Source: Paludibacteraceae bacterium
Lineage (GTDB): Bacteria > Bacteroidota > Bacteroidia > Bacteroidales > Paludibacteraceae
DNA length: 64,000 nucleotides
Direction: 5' to 3'
NCBI GenBank assembly: GCA_017509715.1
Contig: JAFWOU010000029.1
Span: forward strand, 127,838 to 191,837
The position numbers and the translations under genes are program-made. Shown here piece by piece: positions 26,858-36,217 of the stretch (its first letter is position 1; every line of letters begins with the position of its first letter). The notes below the pieces were generated by a model, which worked only from the letters and a program-made list of their open reading frames with translations, was not told where the DNA came from and made no database searches.

Positions 26858-27838
26858 ATGAAACAAGAAAGACCATTATTGATAGTAACATCCTGTACCC
26901 GAAACTACGGATGGGTGACGCGTGCATTCCTCGAAGGAAATACACGGTGGGCGGATTATATCGTGATCGTTGACCAGATGTCTACGGATGGTACGCGCGA
27001 AATGTGTGCAGAGTACAAGAACGTTGTGCTTGTTGATGATCCTGATATGACGTATAAGGAGAATACACGCGCGAAAATGGGATTTATGAAGGGTAGAGAG
27101 TTGGCGGCAGGACGAGATGCTATTTATTTTGCGTTGGACATTGATGAAGTGATGCCGGCAAACTGGATGCAGACAGAGGATGGAAAGAAGATACTTGCGT
27201 CAAAACCGGGAGATATGTACCAAATAGAATGGGCGAATATCATGCCGGATGGGAAGACATACGTTCGTAGCGGATGGCAATATAAAATTTTTCACGATAA
27301 TGGAATGGATTGGCAAGAAGTGAATGGAGAAATGCATACACCATTATTGCCCTATACAACATGGGAAACCATTCCAGAAGAGATCCACGATTTTCCGTTA
27401 ATTCATTTCGGAGAATATCATCAACAATGGATACATTATAAGTTACTATACTATCAAATGTTAGATGTGCACCAGCGAAGAAGCAAGAGCGCTATCAGTA
27501 TATATAGAACATATCATGAGCATAAAGGCGATATTGCAACTCATGCAATGCCAATTGATAATGTATGGCAATACCCGGGTGTAGATATAGTTAAGTTAGT
27601 GGATGTTACATCAGAACCAATCTTTATAGACTACATGCGTGAATTGGTTAAAGAAGATGGTATAAAGAGATTTTGGCCGTTGGATATATGGGACGCAGAT
27701 CTACAGGACAAACTATCAGTACATGAAAAATGTCCGCTTATATGGAGGATGTTTCATCATTATTTAAGAGTGACACAACCATATTGTCAAAAGACATGGT
27801 GTCGCGCAATAGATAAAATACTAAGAGGTATAGTCTGA
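26858..27838 (+). CDS. putative glycosyltransferase (GT2-like)
   Basis: IVIVDQMSTDGTREMC and LDIDEVM resemble the GT-A DxD-type layout. The match is weak. Confidence 0.4.
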   Translation: MKQERPLLIVTSCTRNYGWVTRAFLEGNTRWADYIVIVDQMSTDGTREMCAEYKNVVLVDDPDMTYKENTRAKMGFMKGRELAAGRDAIYFALDIDEVMPANWMQTEDGKKILASKPGDMYQIEWANIMPDGKTYVRSGWQYKIFHDNGMDWQEVNGEMHTPLLPYTTWETIPEEIHDFPLIHFGEYHQQWIHYKLLYYQMLDVHQRRSKSAISIYRTYHEHKGDIATHAMPIDNVWQYPGVDIVKLVDVTSEPIFIDYMRELVKEDGIKRFWPLDIWDADLQDKLSVHEKCPLIWRMFHHYLRVTQPYCQKTWCRAIDKILRGIV

Positions 27839-27870
27839 AAACGAGGATCGAATATAGAAGGTATTTATAC

Positions 27871-29436
27871 ATGATAGAGAATAAAAATCCATATAATCAA
27901 CAAAGACCACCGATGCCGATGCCTCCAATCGAACGTCCTATGGGAAGAAGAGCACGTTGGGGAGCACAATTGATGTCCGGTGCCGCAGCACGCATTATAT
28001 CTTTGCCTAATTGGATAGCAACATATGCAGTAGTAGCGTATATGATTGCCTTAGCTGGTGTGAGCATGGTTTACTCCAACTATGCTATGGAATGGTATTT
28101 TGGCGTGTTTGGTATAGTGTGGGTAGCGGGATTCTTTTTTCTTAGTGCTCATTTTTCGCGAGAATGGAGCGAGCTGCGAGTTAAAAGGAAAAGATCATTC
28201 GAAAAGAAACTATTTTGGACAGGTTTTTGGTTACACATAGGCTATGCATTGTTCATACATTATTTTTACATATCCATGACCGGTCTACCGCATGAGTTTC
28301 AACAGGCAGATTCAACCGGATATATAGAGTTAGTGTCTGAGTGGTGTGATTATTGGGATAATGGCACATTATGGAGTATAATGGTAGATTATGCGCAAGA
28401 AAAAATAAGCGACATGGGTTACCCATTATTTGAGTTATTGCCTGTAAGATGGTTCGGCGCGGATGCCGCATTGATTGTATTACGATTATTAAATGCACTG
28501 ATGAGTTCTTACACAGCGGTGTTGATATATCGTATAGTAAGTCGTTCAATGGACGAGACAACATCACGAATAGCGGCGATATTTTGTATGCTTCATCCTG
28601 TATTAATCTGTTACACCGGAATATTGCTAAAGGAAGTGTTGATGACTCTATTAACAGTACAGTTTGTTGATTTCGGAGATAGATTATTACGCAATAGAAA
28701 ATATACGTTTGGAACAATAGCTCCACTTATATTAGCGGGAGCATCGCTATTCTTCTTCCGTACGGTACTTGGAATGATAGCTTTTATGGCATTGTTCTTC
28801 GCATTGGTTATGATGAGTAGTCGAATCGTCAGTTACGGAAAGAAAATAACGTTGGGTGTTATTATTGCGAGTATATTAGTGATGTCTGTATCAGATAACA
28901 TCATGCGAGAAATTAATTATATTACTAGTACAGATGCACGTGCCGAACAAGAAACGAGTATGACTAATAGATATGGAACGGAAGGAGGAAAGAAAAGTGG
29001 TAATACATTTGCCAAATATGCAGGAGCTGTAGTGTTTGCGCCTCTTATCTTTACCATTCCATTTCCAACCATGGTTAATGCAACAGAAGGACAAGAAGAT
29101 ATACGATTGATACATGGAGGCAACTGGATGCGAAACGTGATGTCCGGATTCGTGATATTGGCGATGTTTATGCTGTTGTTTTCGGGCGACTGGCGAAAAT
29201 ATACTCTGCCATTAGCGCTGATGCTGGGATATTTGCTGATGCTTGCTTTCACGCAATTTGCCCACTCACTACGATTCCATATACCGGTGATGCCATTTGA
29301 GATGATGTTCGCTGCGTATGCGATAACGAATATGCGCAAGAAACACAGGACCTGGTATTTGATATGGTGTATCGTAATGGTGGTGGCTTGCTTTGCGTGG
29401 AACTGGTTCAAACTCGCCGGGCGAGGATTGTCATAA
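27871..29436 (+). CDS. polytopic membrane protein (GT-C/ArnT-like glycosyltransferase or polymerase candidate)
   Basis: 521 aa with many hydrophobic segments. An acidic loop motif (QQADSTGYIELV) follows the early TM helices. Confidence 0.45.
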   Translation: MIENKNPYNQQRPPMPMPPIERPMGRRARWGAQLMSGAAARIISLPNWIATYAVVAYMIALAGVSMVYSNYAMEWYFGVFGIVWVAGFFFLSAHFSREWSELRVKRKRSFEKKLFWTGFWLHIGYALFIHYFYISMTGLPHEFQQADSTGYIELVSEWCDYWDNGTLWSIMVDYAQEKISDMGYPLFELLPVRWFGADAALIVLRLLNALMSSYTAVLIYRIVSRSMDETTSRIAAIFCMLHPVLICYTGILLKEVLMTLLTVQFVDFGDRLLRNRKYTFGTIAPLILAGASLFFFRTVLGMIAFMALFFALVMMSSRIVSYGKKITLGVIIASILVMSVSDNIMREINYITSTDARAEQETSMTNRYGTEGGKKSGNTFAKYAGAVVFAPLIFTIPFPTMVNATEGQEDIRLIHGGNWMRNVMSGFVILAMFMLLFSGDWRKYTLPLALMLGYLLMLAFTQFAHSLRFHIPVMPFEMMFAAYAITNMRKKHRTWYLIWCIVMVVACFAWNWFKLAGRGLS

Positions 29437-29468
29437 TAGAGCAGCGTTTTTAATTTAAAAGTTCATTT

Positions 29469-30380
29469 ATGAAGATATTAGATAGTATAATAGAATTAGG
29501 TACACGTCGTTGGGCATTGGGATTTGTGCGCGGAGGAATGGAAGCCGTAATGGAAGGCGACCATTTGGAAGTCGATTGGGTGAAGATGCCTAAAGACAGA
29601 TGGTTCGCAGATCCGTTTGTGTTGGACGTAACGGAGGATGAGATCTTGCTGCTCGTTGAAGATTTCGGATATGATATACGCAAGGGCATTATCTCGCTGC
29701 TTCATATCAATCGAGTTACGATGGAGATAACGGCTCGTAAGCCATTGCTTGAACTGCCGACACATCTTTCTTTTCCGGCCATATTGCGAAAGGATGGGCA
29801 TATCTATGTATATCCGGAGAGCGCAAAAAGCGGAAGGTTGGATATGTATGAGTATGATGCAGAGAAAGAGGAATTGACGTTTGTAAGGACGATATGCGAC
29901 GATGTAATATGGGATTCGTATATAACGGAGGCATTTGGAGAACCGCTACTATTTACCGGTGCGCACACCAACAATGACTACATATTGGATATATATCGTT
30001 GGGATAGCAAGAAGGAACGTTTTCTACATTGTGATGAGGTGCATTCCGAATTTAAGAATTCTCGTTTAGGCGGTGCTTTGTTTGAATATCGCGGAGAGAT
30101 GTATTATCCAGCACAGAATTGCGAGAGGGTTTATGGAGGGGCGATTGACATTAAGAGAATAGTCGAAAGTCGAGAGCCTAAAGTCGATAGATTTAGAGTG
30201 GAGACTGTAAAGCATCTGGAGTCACCACATCCGACGATGAAGTTGGGAATGCATACGCTGAACGAATATAAAGGAGTTGTTGTGATTGATGTGCATGGAT
30301 ATAAATATGGATGGAAGGGAGCCGCGATAGCGTGGTTAGTTGCTCTAAAGAAGAAAGTAAAAGGATTTACGAGTAAATGA
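29469..30380 (+). CDS. hypothetical protein of the polysaccharide locus
   Basis: 303-aa ORF in the operon string. It contains WFADPF. No function was recognised. Confidence 0.45.
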   Translation: MKILDSIIELGTRRWALGFVRGGMEAVMEGDHLEVDWVKMPKDRWFADPFVLDVTEDEILLLVEDFGYDIRKGIISLLHINRVTMEITARKPLLELPTHLSFPAILRKDGHIYVYPESAKSGRLDMYEYDAEKEELTFVRTICDDVIWDSYITEAFGEPLLFTGAHTNNDYILDIYRWDSKKERFLHCDEVHSEFKNSRLGGALFEYRGEMYYPAQNCERVYGGAIDIKRIVESREPKVDRFRVETVKHLESPHPTMKLGMHTLNEYKGVVVIDVHGYKYGWKGAAIAWLVALKKKVKGFTSK

Positions 30381-30405
30381 GAGAAAAAGTTAACGAATTA
30401 GAGAA

Positions 30406-31143
30406 ATGATACCGAAGATTATACATTATTGTTGGATGGGAGGTGCACCATTGCCAGAGTTGGCAGAACGGTGTATGGCTAGTTGGAAAGAACATATGCC
30501 CAACTGGGAGTATATGCGATGGGACGAGAGTAATTTTGAGATAGCTGCTGCTCCAGTGTATGTAAAGCAGGCGTATGAGGCGAAAAAGTTTGCCTTCGTA
30601 TCCGATTATGTGCGGCTGTGGGCACTAGAGAAGTTTGGTGGACTTTATATGGATATAGATTTCCTAGTTCATCGTCCATTCGATGATCTGATGGACAAGT
30701 ACGCTGCTTTTGCGGGAGTGGAAGGATGCAAGCGGCAAGCGGTGATGATGGGAGTGATAGCGAGTGAGGCACATGGAGCGTGGGTGACAGATATGCTACG
30801 CACGTACGCTACGCGCGCGTTTATTAGGGAAGACGGGAGTTTGGATTTGACGCCGAATACTACGTACTTTTCAGACAGATTGGAGTCGCAAGGTTATATC
30901 CCAGATGGGAAGGAGAAGGATGTTTTTGTGGATGGAGAATTCTTCTTGCACGTGCTACCTGTATGGGCATTTTGTCCACGATTGACAACAGGGGAAGATG
31001 TTCGAAATGAAAATACATACTGCGAACATATGGGATTGGATTCCTGGAATACGCATACCAACTGGCAAACGAAGTTGGTGAAATATCTAAGCCCCAAATG
31101 GAAAATCAGAATCATCAAACTCAAGCGTAAACTGTTTGGATAG
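30406..31143 (+). CDS. glycosyltransferase, GT32-like (DXD sugar-binding family)
   Basis: It has IPKIIHYCWMGG...FVSDYVRLWALEKFGGLYMDIDF. Confidence 0.65.
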   Translation: MIPKIIHYCWMGGAPLPELAERCMASWKEHMPNWEYMRWDESNFEIAAAPVYVKQAYEAKKFAFVSDYVRLWALEKFGGLYMDIDFLVHRPFDDLMDKYAAFAGVEGCKRQAVMMGVIASEAHGAWVTDMLRTYATRAFIREDGSLDLTPNTTYFSDRLESQGYIPDGKEKDVFVDGEFFLHVLPVWAFCPRLTTGEDVRNENTYCEHMGLDSWNTHTNWQTKLVKYLSPKWKIRIIKLKRKLFG

Positions 31144-31171
31144 TTAGAGAATAGTGAAGAGACAATATAAG

Positions 31172-32149
31172 ATGAAAGTACTATTTGTAGCATCGGGAAA
31201 TAAGAAAGTAGGACAAGTGAATTCATTTGTTCGGTCGCAGTATGACTCGCTGGAGAAAGAGGGACTGGAGATGAGACTGTTTCCGGTTGTGGGGCATGGT
31301 GTGATGGGATACTTGAAAGCCGTGGTGGCTCTTCGGAAAGTAATTAGGCAAGAAAAGCCGGATATCATTCATGCGCATTACTCAGTGTGCGGACATGTGG
31401 CAGTGCTGGCATGTTTGGGATTATACCACAAACCGAAGATCGTGGTCTCCATCTTGGGCTCGTTCCCGACGCGGAGTAGAAAATGGAAGTTAGTGCGGTA
31501 TTGCATAAAGCATATTTGGAATGCAACCATTGTAAAATCGCAACGAACAGCAAATCAACTGGGTGTACCCGTACATATCATCCCCAACGGAGTTAATCTG
31601 GATGTGTTTCATCCGATGAATCATGCAGAAGCGAGAAAAGTTGTCGGTTTCGAGGATGGAATCAAATACATTATATGGTGCAGCAATCCGTATAATAGAC
31701 CGGAGAAGAACTGGCCTTTGGCTGAAGCAGCACTAAAATTAACAAATGGCAAATTTCCAATTACAAATGCAACTCTTGTGGCTGTCTATGATAAATCGCC
31801 ACAAGAGGTTGCAGTTTATATGAATGCTGCCGATTGCTTGTTGTTGACGTCGGATTCGGAGGGAAGCCCGAATGTGATCAAAGAAGCGATGGCCTGCAAT
31901 TGCCCGATAGTAACAACGAATGTTGGAGACGTTACCGAGCGATTAGAGAACTTGGAAGGATGCTATATAGTTGAGGATAATGATTGCCGTTTTACGGATA
32001 GACACAAGGCTGCAGTTCTAACGGCAGAAGAGATAGTCAAGGCCTTGGAGTTCGGAAAGCGTACTGATGGACTAAAACTCATTCAGAAAGATGGACTGGA
32101 GATCACACAAATAGCACGTAGAATTCGAGATGTCTATGAGCATTTGTGA
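31172..32149 (+). CDS. glycosyltransferase family 4 (GT-B fold)
   Basis: It has MKVLFVASGNKK... and a C-terminal ...LLLTSDSEGSPNVIKEAMACNCPIVTTNVG motif. An alternative start is at 31154. Confidence 0.65.
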   Translation: MKVLFVASGNKKVGQVNSFVRSQYDSLEKEGLEMRLFPVVGHGVMGYLKAVVALRKVIRQEKPDIIHAHYSVCGHVAVLACLGLYHKPKIVVSILGSFPTRSRKWKLVRYCIKHIWNATIVKSQRTANQLGVPVHIIPNGVNLDVFHPMNHAEARKVVGFEDGIKYIIWCSNPYNRPEKNWPLAEAALKLTNGKFPITNATLVAVYDKSPQEVAVYMNAADCLLLTSDSEGSPNVIKEAMACNCPIVTTNVGDVTERLENLEGCYIVEDNDCRFTDRHKAAVLTAEEIVKALEFGKRTDGLKLIQKDGLEITQIARRIRDVYEHL

Positions 32150-32188
32150 TGTATAAAATATTAGTTTTAAAGTATAAAATTTAGAGAT

Positions 32189-33589
32189 ATGAGTTTATAT
32201 AGTAGTATAGATAAGTATATATTGATACCCACAGCAGATATGCTAACCCATCGGGGGATAAGCAAAGAGTGGCGTATTATGGATCGTTTAGACATGGTCT
32301 CAGAAGAACAATTGCGTGAATTTCAAAACCAACGTTTGCAAGCGTTGATGAAGCATTGTTATGTGAATGTCCCTTATTATACACGTATTTTTAATGAACG
32401 CGGATTGAAACCTGAAGATATTCAATGTCGAGAAGATCTTCAGAAATTGCCTGTCCTTACCAAGCAATTGGTACGGGAACATTACGATGAGTTGACTAGT
32501 AATGATATATCGTCTCGACATATTCAGAAATGCAGTACAGGAGGAAGTACCGGAACACCGATGCAATTCGTGGAAGATATGCCAAGTTGGAATATGTCAT
32601 GGGCTTCGTCGTATAGAGCATGGGAATGGTACGGCTTCCATGTGGGAGAGAAATTGTTAACTTTAGGAGGAAATTCTTTAGTTAAGAAACGAAAGATGTT
32701 TACCCCCAAGGATATATTTGATCTATTCATCATGCGCAATAAGAAGAGAAGTAGTGCAGAAGTCGATGATTCTGCAATGCGAGCTCACTATGACGCATAT
32801 ATGGCATATAAGCCGAAAGCATTACGTGGCTATGGAAGCTCGTTGGTTATTTTCGCTCGCTATATAGCGAAGAAGAGTTTGCCGGTGCTGCCGATGACAT
32901 GTATTTTAACGACGGGAGAGATCTTGATGCCGGAATATCGCAAGATACTACAGGATGTATTTAATTGCCCAGTTTATGATGAGTATGGAGCAGGCGATGG
33001 AGGAATTAATGCGCATGAGTGTTTGCTCCGAGATGGTTTGCATATATCGGAAGAAACATGCGTAATTGAGATGACAGATAAGGATGGAAATGTACTGCCG
33101 GATGGGGAAATAGGGTATGTGACATCAACCGATTTGGGAAACTACGCTTTTCCATTCATTCGCTACCAAGTAGGAGATATGGCTTATATCAAGCCCGAGA
33201 AATGTTCCTGTGGTAGAGCGTCGCGTGTGATAGGACAAGTGATTGGTCGAGCAGGTAAGTTGCTTTATAATAAACAAGGTGTACCTATCTCGCCGACAAT
33301 GTTACCTATTATGCTTTATCGCGATAATGACTATCATAATGAAGCCAATTGCGTGATATACAATAAGATTGATCAGTTCCAGATCCGACAGGATAAGAAT
33401 GGAGATATACGCATACTATTGAAACTGAAAGACAAGAATGAGGATCATCAACAGTTCGAATATTGTGTTACAAACTTTGAGATGCATTTTGTCGGCTCTA
33501 AAGTATCATTAGAGTTCGTGGATTCTATACCTCCTATGCCGAGCGGTAAAGAGGATTATTGTGTTAGTGAATATGAATATACTAAATAG
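32189..33589 (+). CDS. phenylacetate-CoA ligase / CapK-like adenylate-forming enzyme
   Basis: It has the AMP-binding-like motif CSTGGSTGTPMQF and is ~466 aa. The locus context is typical of CapK-type proteins. Confidence 0.6.
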   Translation: MSLYSSIDKYILIPTADMLTHRGISKEWRIMDRLDMVSEEQLREFQNQRLQALMKHCYVNVPYYTRIFNERGLKPEDIQCREDLQKLPVLTKQLVREHYDELTSNDISSRHIQKCSTGGSTGTPMQFVEDMPSWNMSWASSYRAWEWYGFHVGEKLLTLGGNSLVKKRKMFTPKDIFDLFIMRNKKRSSAEVDDSAMRAHYDAYMAYKPKALRGYGSSLVIFARYIAKKSLPVLPMTCILTTGEILMPEYRKILQDVFNCPVYDEYGAGDGGINAHECLLRDGLHISEETCVIEMTDKDGNVLPDGEIGYVTSTDLGNYAFPFIRYQVGDMAYIKPEKCSCGRASRVIGQVIGRAGKLLYNKQGVPISPTMLPIMLYRDNDYHNEANCVIYNKIDQFQIRQDKNGDIRILLKLKDKNEDHQQFEYCVTNFEMHFVGSKVSLEFVDSIPPMPSGKEDYCVSEYEYTK

Positions 33590-33598
33590 GAGATAGGA

Positions 33599-33880
33599 AT
33601 GAATAGCAAATATTATAAGTCAATTGTTGTATTGAGGAAGATTGCTATGATGCAAAGACGTTTTGTCTTGCCATTTAAACTGGTTCGTTCCAGATTTTAC
33701 AAGCAACCATCCTATTTTCCTGAGATGAATCGGAAGTCTAAGATTAGTATATTTATGGAACTTTTATTCCATATTTTTCCGCTATGGTGCAATAGCGTGG
33801 CCTATTTGAGTGGATTGCAGATTGTTGTTAAAGATATACAGCAAGATAATAATTTTTCGATTGAATGTTTAGAAAAATAA
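33599..33880 (+). pseudogene. short ORF, possibly a 5' remnant of a longer gene
   Basis: 93 aa and tightly wedged between two genes. The segment YFPEMNRKSKISIFMELL vaguely recalls the N-termini of sugar-transfer-associated ATP-grasp proteins. This is not verifiable by eye. Confidence 0.2.
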
Positions 33881-33887
33881 TACGAAT

Positions 33888-34841
33888 ATGAAAACCATTG
33901 GATTTCCAATCTCTCATAAAGAGAATGAAAAAAGAAGAGCCGTTATCCCGGAACATTTGAAGGACTTTACGTATTGTGGTCAATTGTACGTGGAGAAGGG
34001 ATATGGTGTGGATTTAGGATTTGAAGACGAAGAATATGCTTCACTTGGATGTAATGTATGTAGTAGGGATGAGGTGTTAAAACAAACTGTAATCTGTGAC
34101 CCTAAAATTGGTGATGCCGATTATTTGGAATCATTGTATAATCAAACTATTTTTGGATGGATACATGCTGTACAGAACAAAGACATTACGGATAAACTAA
34201 TAGAGGGTAAGTTGACAGGAATTGCATGGGAGGATATGTATGATATGGGACGCCATGTATTCTGGAAAAATAATGAGATAGCTGGAGAAGCAGCATTGTG
34301 TCATGCATATTTATTACATGGAGTATTTCCCAACCAGACAAAAGTAGCAGTGTTGGGACGTGGAAATGCTGCACGTGGTGCAATTAGAACACTCAATTAT
34401 ATGGGAGCTGAAGTGGTAGTATATGATAGGCATATGGAAAAATTGTTTCGAGAGGAACTGCCACAATATGATGTCGTAGTAAATGCTATATTGTGGGATA
34501 CAAAGCGGAAAGACCATATTATATATCGTGAAGATCTGAAGCGTATGAAAAGAGGAGCTTTGATTATTGATATCAGTTGCGATAGAAATGGCGGTATAGA
34601 AACAAGCGTGCCTACTACTATTAATAATCCGACATATGTTATAGATGGTATAACCCATTATGTAGTTGATCATACACCCTCTTTATTCTATAAATCAACA
34701 TCAGAGGCAATAAGTAAGCAAGTAACTTGTTTTTTGGAAGATATAATCAAGCAAGGAGAAAATGAAATATTAAATAATGCTACTATAATTAGAGAAGGTG
34801 AGATTTTGGATTCACGTATTATTACATTTCAAAATCGATAA
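33888..34841 (+). CDS. alanine dehydrogenase/PNT-fold enzyme, N5-(carboxyethyl)ornithine-synthase-like (opine-type)
   Basis: It has MKTIGFPISHKENEKRRAVIPEH and the Rossmann motif VAVLGRGNAARGAIRTLNYMGAEVVVYD. It is ~317 aa. Confidence 0.5.
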   Translation: MKTIGFPISHKENEKRRAVIPEHLKDFTYCGQLYVEKGYGVDLGFEDEEYASLGCNVCSRDEVLKQTVICDPKIGDADYLESLYNQTIFGWIHAVQNKDITDKLIEGKLTGIAWEDMYDMGRHVFWKNNEIAGEAALCHAYLLHGVFPNQTKVAVLGRGNAARGAIRTLNYMGAEVVVYDRHMEKLFREELPQYDVVVNAILWDTKRKDHIIYREDLKRMKRGALIIDISCDRNGGIETSVPTTINNPTYVIDGITHYVVDHTPSLFYKSTSEAISKQVTCFLEDIIKQGENEILNNATIIREGEILDSRIITFQNR

Positions 34842-34931
34842 ATGGATGATGGCATGCACACAACAGGAAAATGGTGCGTGGAAACATTAAATCGCATTTG
34901 TATTTTGTAATAAAAATTTGGTTGTAATTAT

Positions 34932-35945
34932 ATGAAACTTTTAATTACAGGTGGTGCCGGGTTTATCGGCAGTAACCTATGTGAATGGTTTGTGAATAAC
35001 GGTTACGATGTGGTGTGCTTGGATAATCTGAGTACAGGATTTATGCATAACATCGAGCCGTTGATGGAAAAGCCGAACTTCAAGTTTATCAAAGGTGACA
35101 TACGCGACCTCGAGACATGTCGCGAGGCAGTGAAGGGTTGCGAGGTAGTGCTGCATGAAGCGGCATTGGGTTCGGTGCCACGAAGCATCAATGATCCGAT
35201 TACGACCAACTCGACGAATATCAGCGGATTCTTGAACATGCTGGTGGCAGCACGGGATGAGAAAGTGAAGCGGTTTGTGTATGCAGCTTCGAGTTCGACA
35301 TACGGAGACAGCAAGGAGTTGCCGAAAATAGAGCATAACATCGGAAGGCCTTTGTCGCCATACGCGATTACGAAGTTCGTGAATGAGCTGTATGCGAATG
35401 TGTTCACATCGCTGTACGGGATTGAGACGATTGGCTTGCGGTACTTCAATGTGTTTGGTCGTCGGCAAGATCCGAACGGGGCGTATGCTGCGGTGATACC
35501 GTTGTGGGTGAAAGCGCTGATCAATCATGAGAGTCCGTTCATCAATGGCGATGGGTCGTATTCGCGTGATTTCACGTACATCGACAATGTGATCCAAGCG
35601 AACTACTTGGCAGCGACGGTGTCGCATGATGAGATAGTGGAGCGAGCATCGCTGTACAACATGAACTTGCCGCAGAATGCACCGGTGGATCTGGTGTTCA
35701 ATGTGGCGTATGGAGGGAACACGACGCTGAATGATTTGTTCCGGTGTCTCCGCGACAACCTTGCGCAATACGACCCAGCTATCGCTTCTATCGAACCTAC
35801 ATACAGAGAAAATAGGGCAGGGGATATTCCGCATAGCCAGGCATCGATTATCAAGGCACAGCGCATACTCGGATATAATCCGAAGTTCAGTGCATTGCAA
35901 GGCTTTGAGCAAGCGTGTGAGTGGTATTATAACAATTTGAAGTAA
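34932..35945 (+). CDS. NAD-dependent nucleotide-sugar 4-epimerase (WbpP/TviC-like SDR)
   Basis: It has MKLLITGGAGFIGSNLCEW...DNLSTG...FKFIKGDIRD and a YAITK catalytic context. Confidence 0.75.
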   Translation: MKLLITGGAGFIGSNLCEWFVNNGYDVVCLDNLSTGFMHNIEPLMEKPNFKFIKGDIRDLETCREAVKGCEVVLHEAALGSVPRSINDPITTNSTNISGFLNMLVAARDEKVKRFVYAASSSTYGDSKELPKIEHNIGRPLSPYAITKFVNELYANVFTSLYGIETIGLRYFNVFGRRQDPNGAYAAVIPLWVKALINHESPFINGDGSYSRDFTYIDNVIQANYLAATVSHDEIVERASLYNMNLPQNAPVDLVFNVAYGGNTTLNDLFRCLRDNLAQYDPAIASIEPTYRENRAGDIPHSQASIIKAQRILGYNPKFSALQGFEQACEWYYNNLK

Positions 35946-36034
35946 TGAGCCGCTACGCAAAATGAGCCATTGCATTAAATGAGCCGCTGCGCTTAATGAG
36001 CCACTGCGTTGAATGAGTCGCTGGCGCTGAATGA
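35944..36034. repeat. tandem repeat, 17-18 bp x 5.3 (AATGAGCCNCTGCGNNN)
   Basis: The units start at 35944, 35961, 35978, 35995, 36012 and 36030. The first begins inside the epimerase stop codon. Confidence 0.9.
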
Positions 36035-36066
36035 TATATAATCAAAAAAACATAAAAAATAAATTA

Positions 36067-36180
36067 GATAGCAATAGCGATTGCATCGCACTAAGTCTTT
36101 GTTACTATCGGCTTATCCGAAAACAAGCTTTCAATAATCCGCTACTTACAAATCCTTACATCCAAGATGTCATTGCTATC
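36067..36180 (+). ncRNA. ~120-nt conserved hairpin element, copy 4
   Basis: The terminal stem is gatagcaat / attgctatc and the hairpin is acatc-caa-gatgt. It is the reverse complement of the minus-strand copies, so it is again co-oriented with the neighbouring genes. Confidence 0.35.
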
Positions 36181-36217
36181 TAATGCGAAAATATAAAAAA
36201 TATTTATATCTCATAAC

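Noticed and set aside
33599-33880. The 93-aa ORF as a genuine small gene of the capsule operon.
   Set aside because: It has no recognisable domain and unusual composition. Its size is consistent with a 5' fragment of a longer gene. It is listed only as a low-confidence remnant.
34977-35975. 332-aa minus-strand ORF, and similar long antisense ORFs at 18631..19524, 17738..18343, 15522..16130, 16375..16875, 40470..41153, 62392..62994 and 63022..63672.
   Set aside because: Each lies entirely antisense to a plus-strand gene with clear family motifs. Their products are Arg/His/Ser/Leu-rich and low in complexity, as expected for shadow frames.
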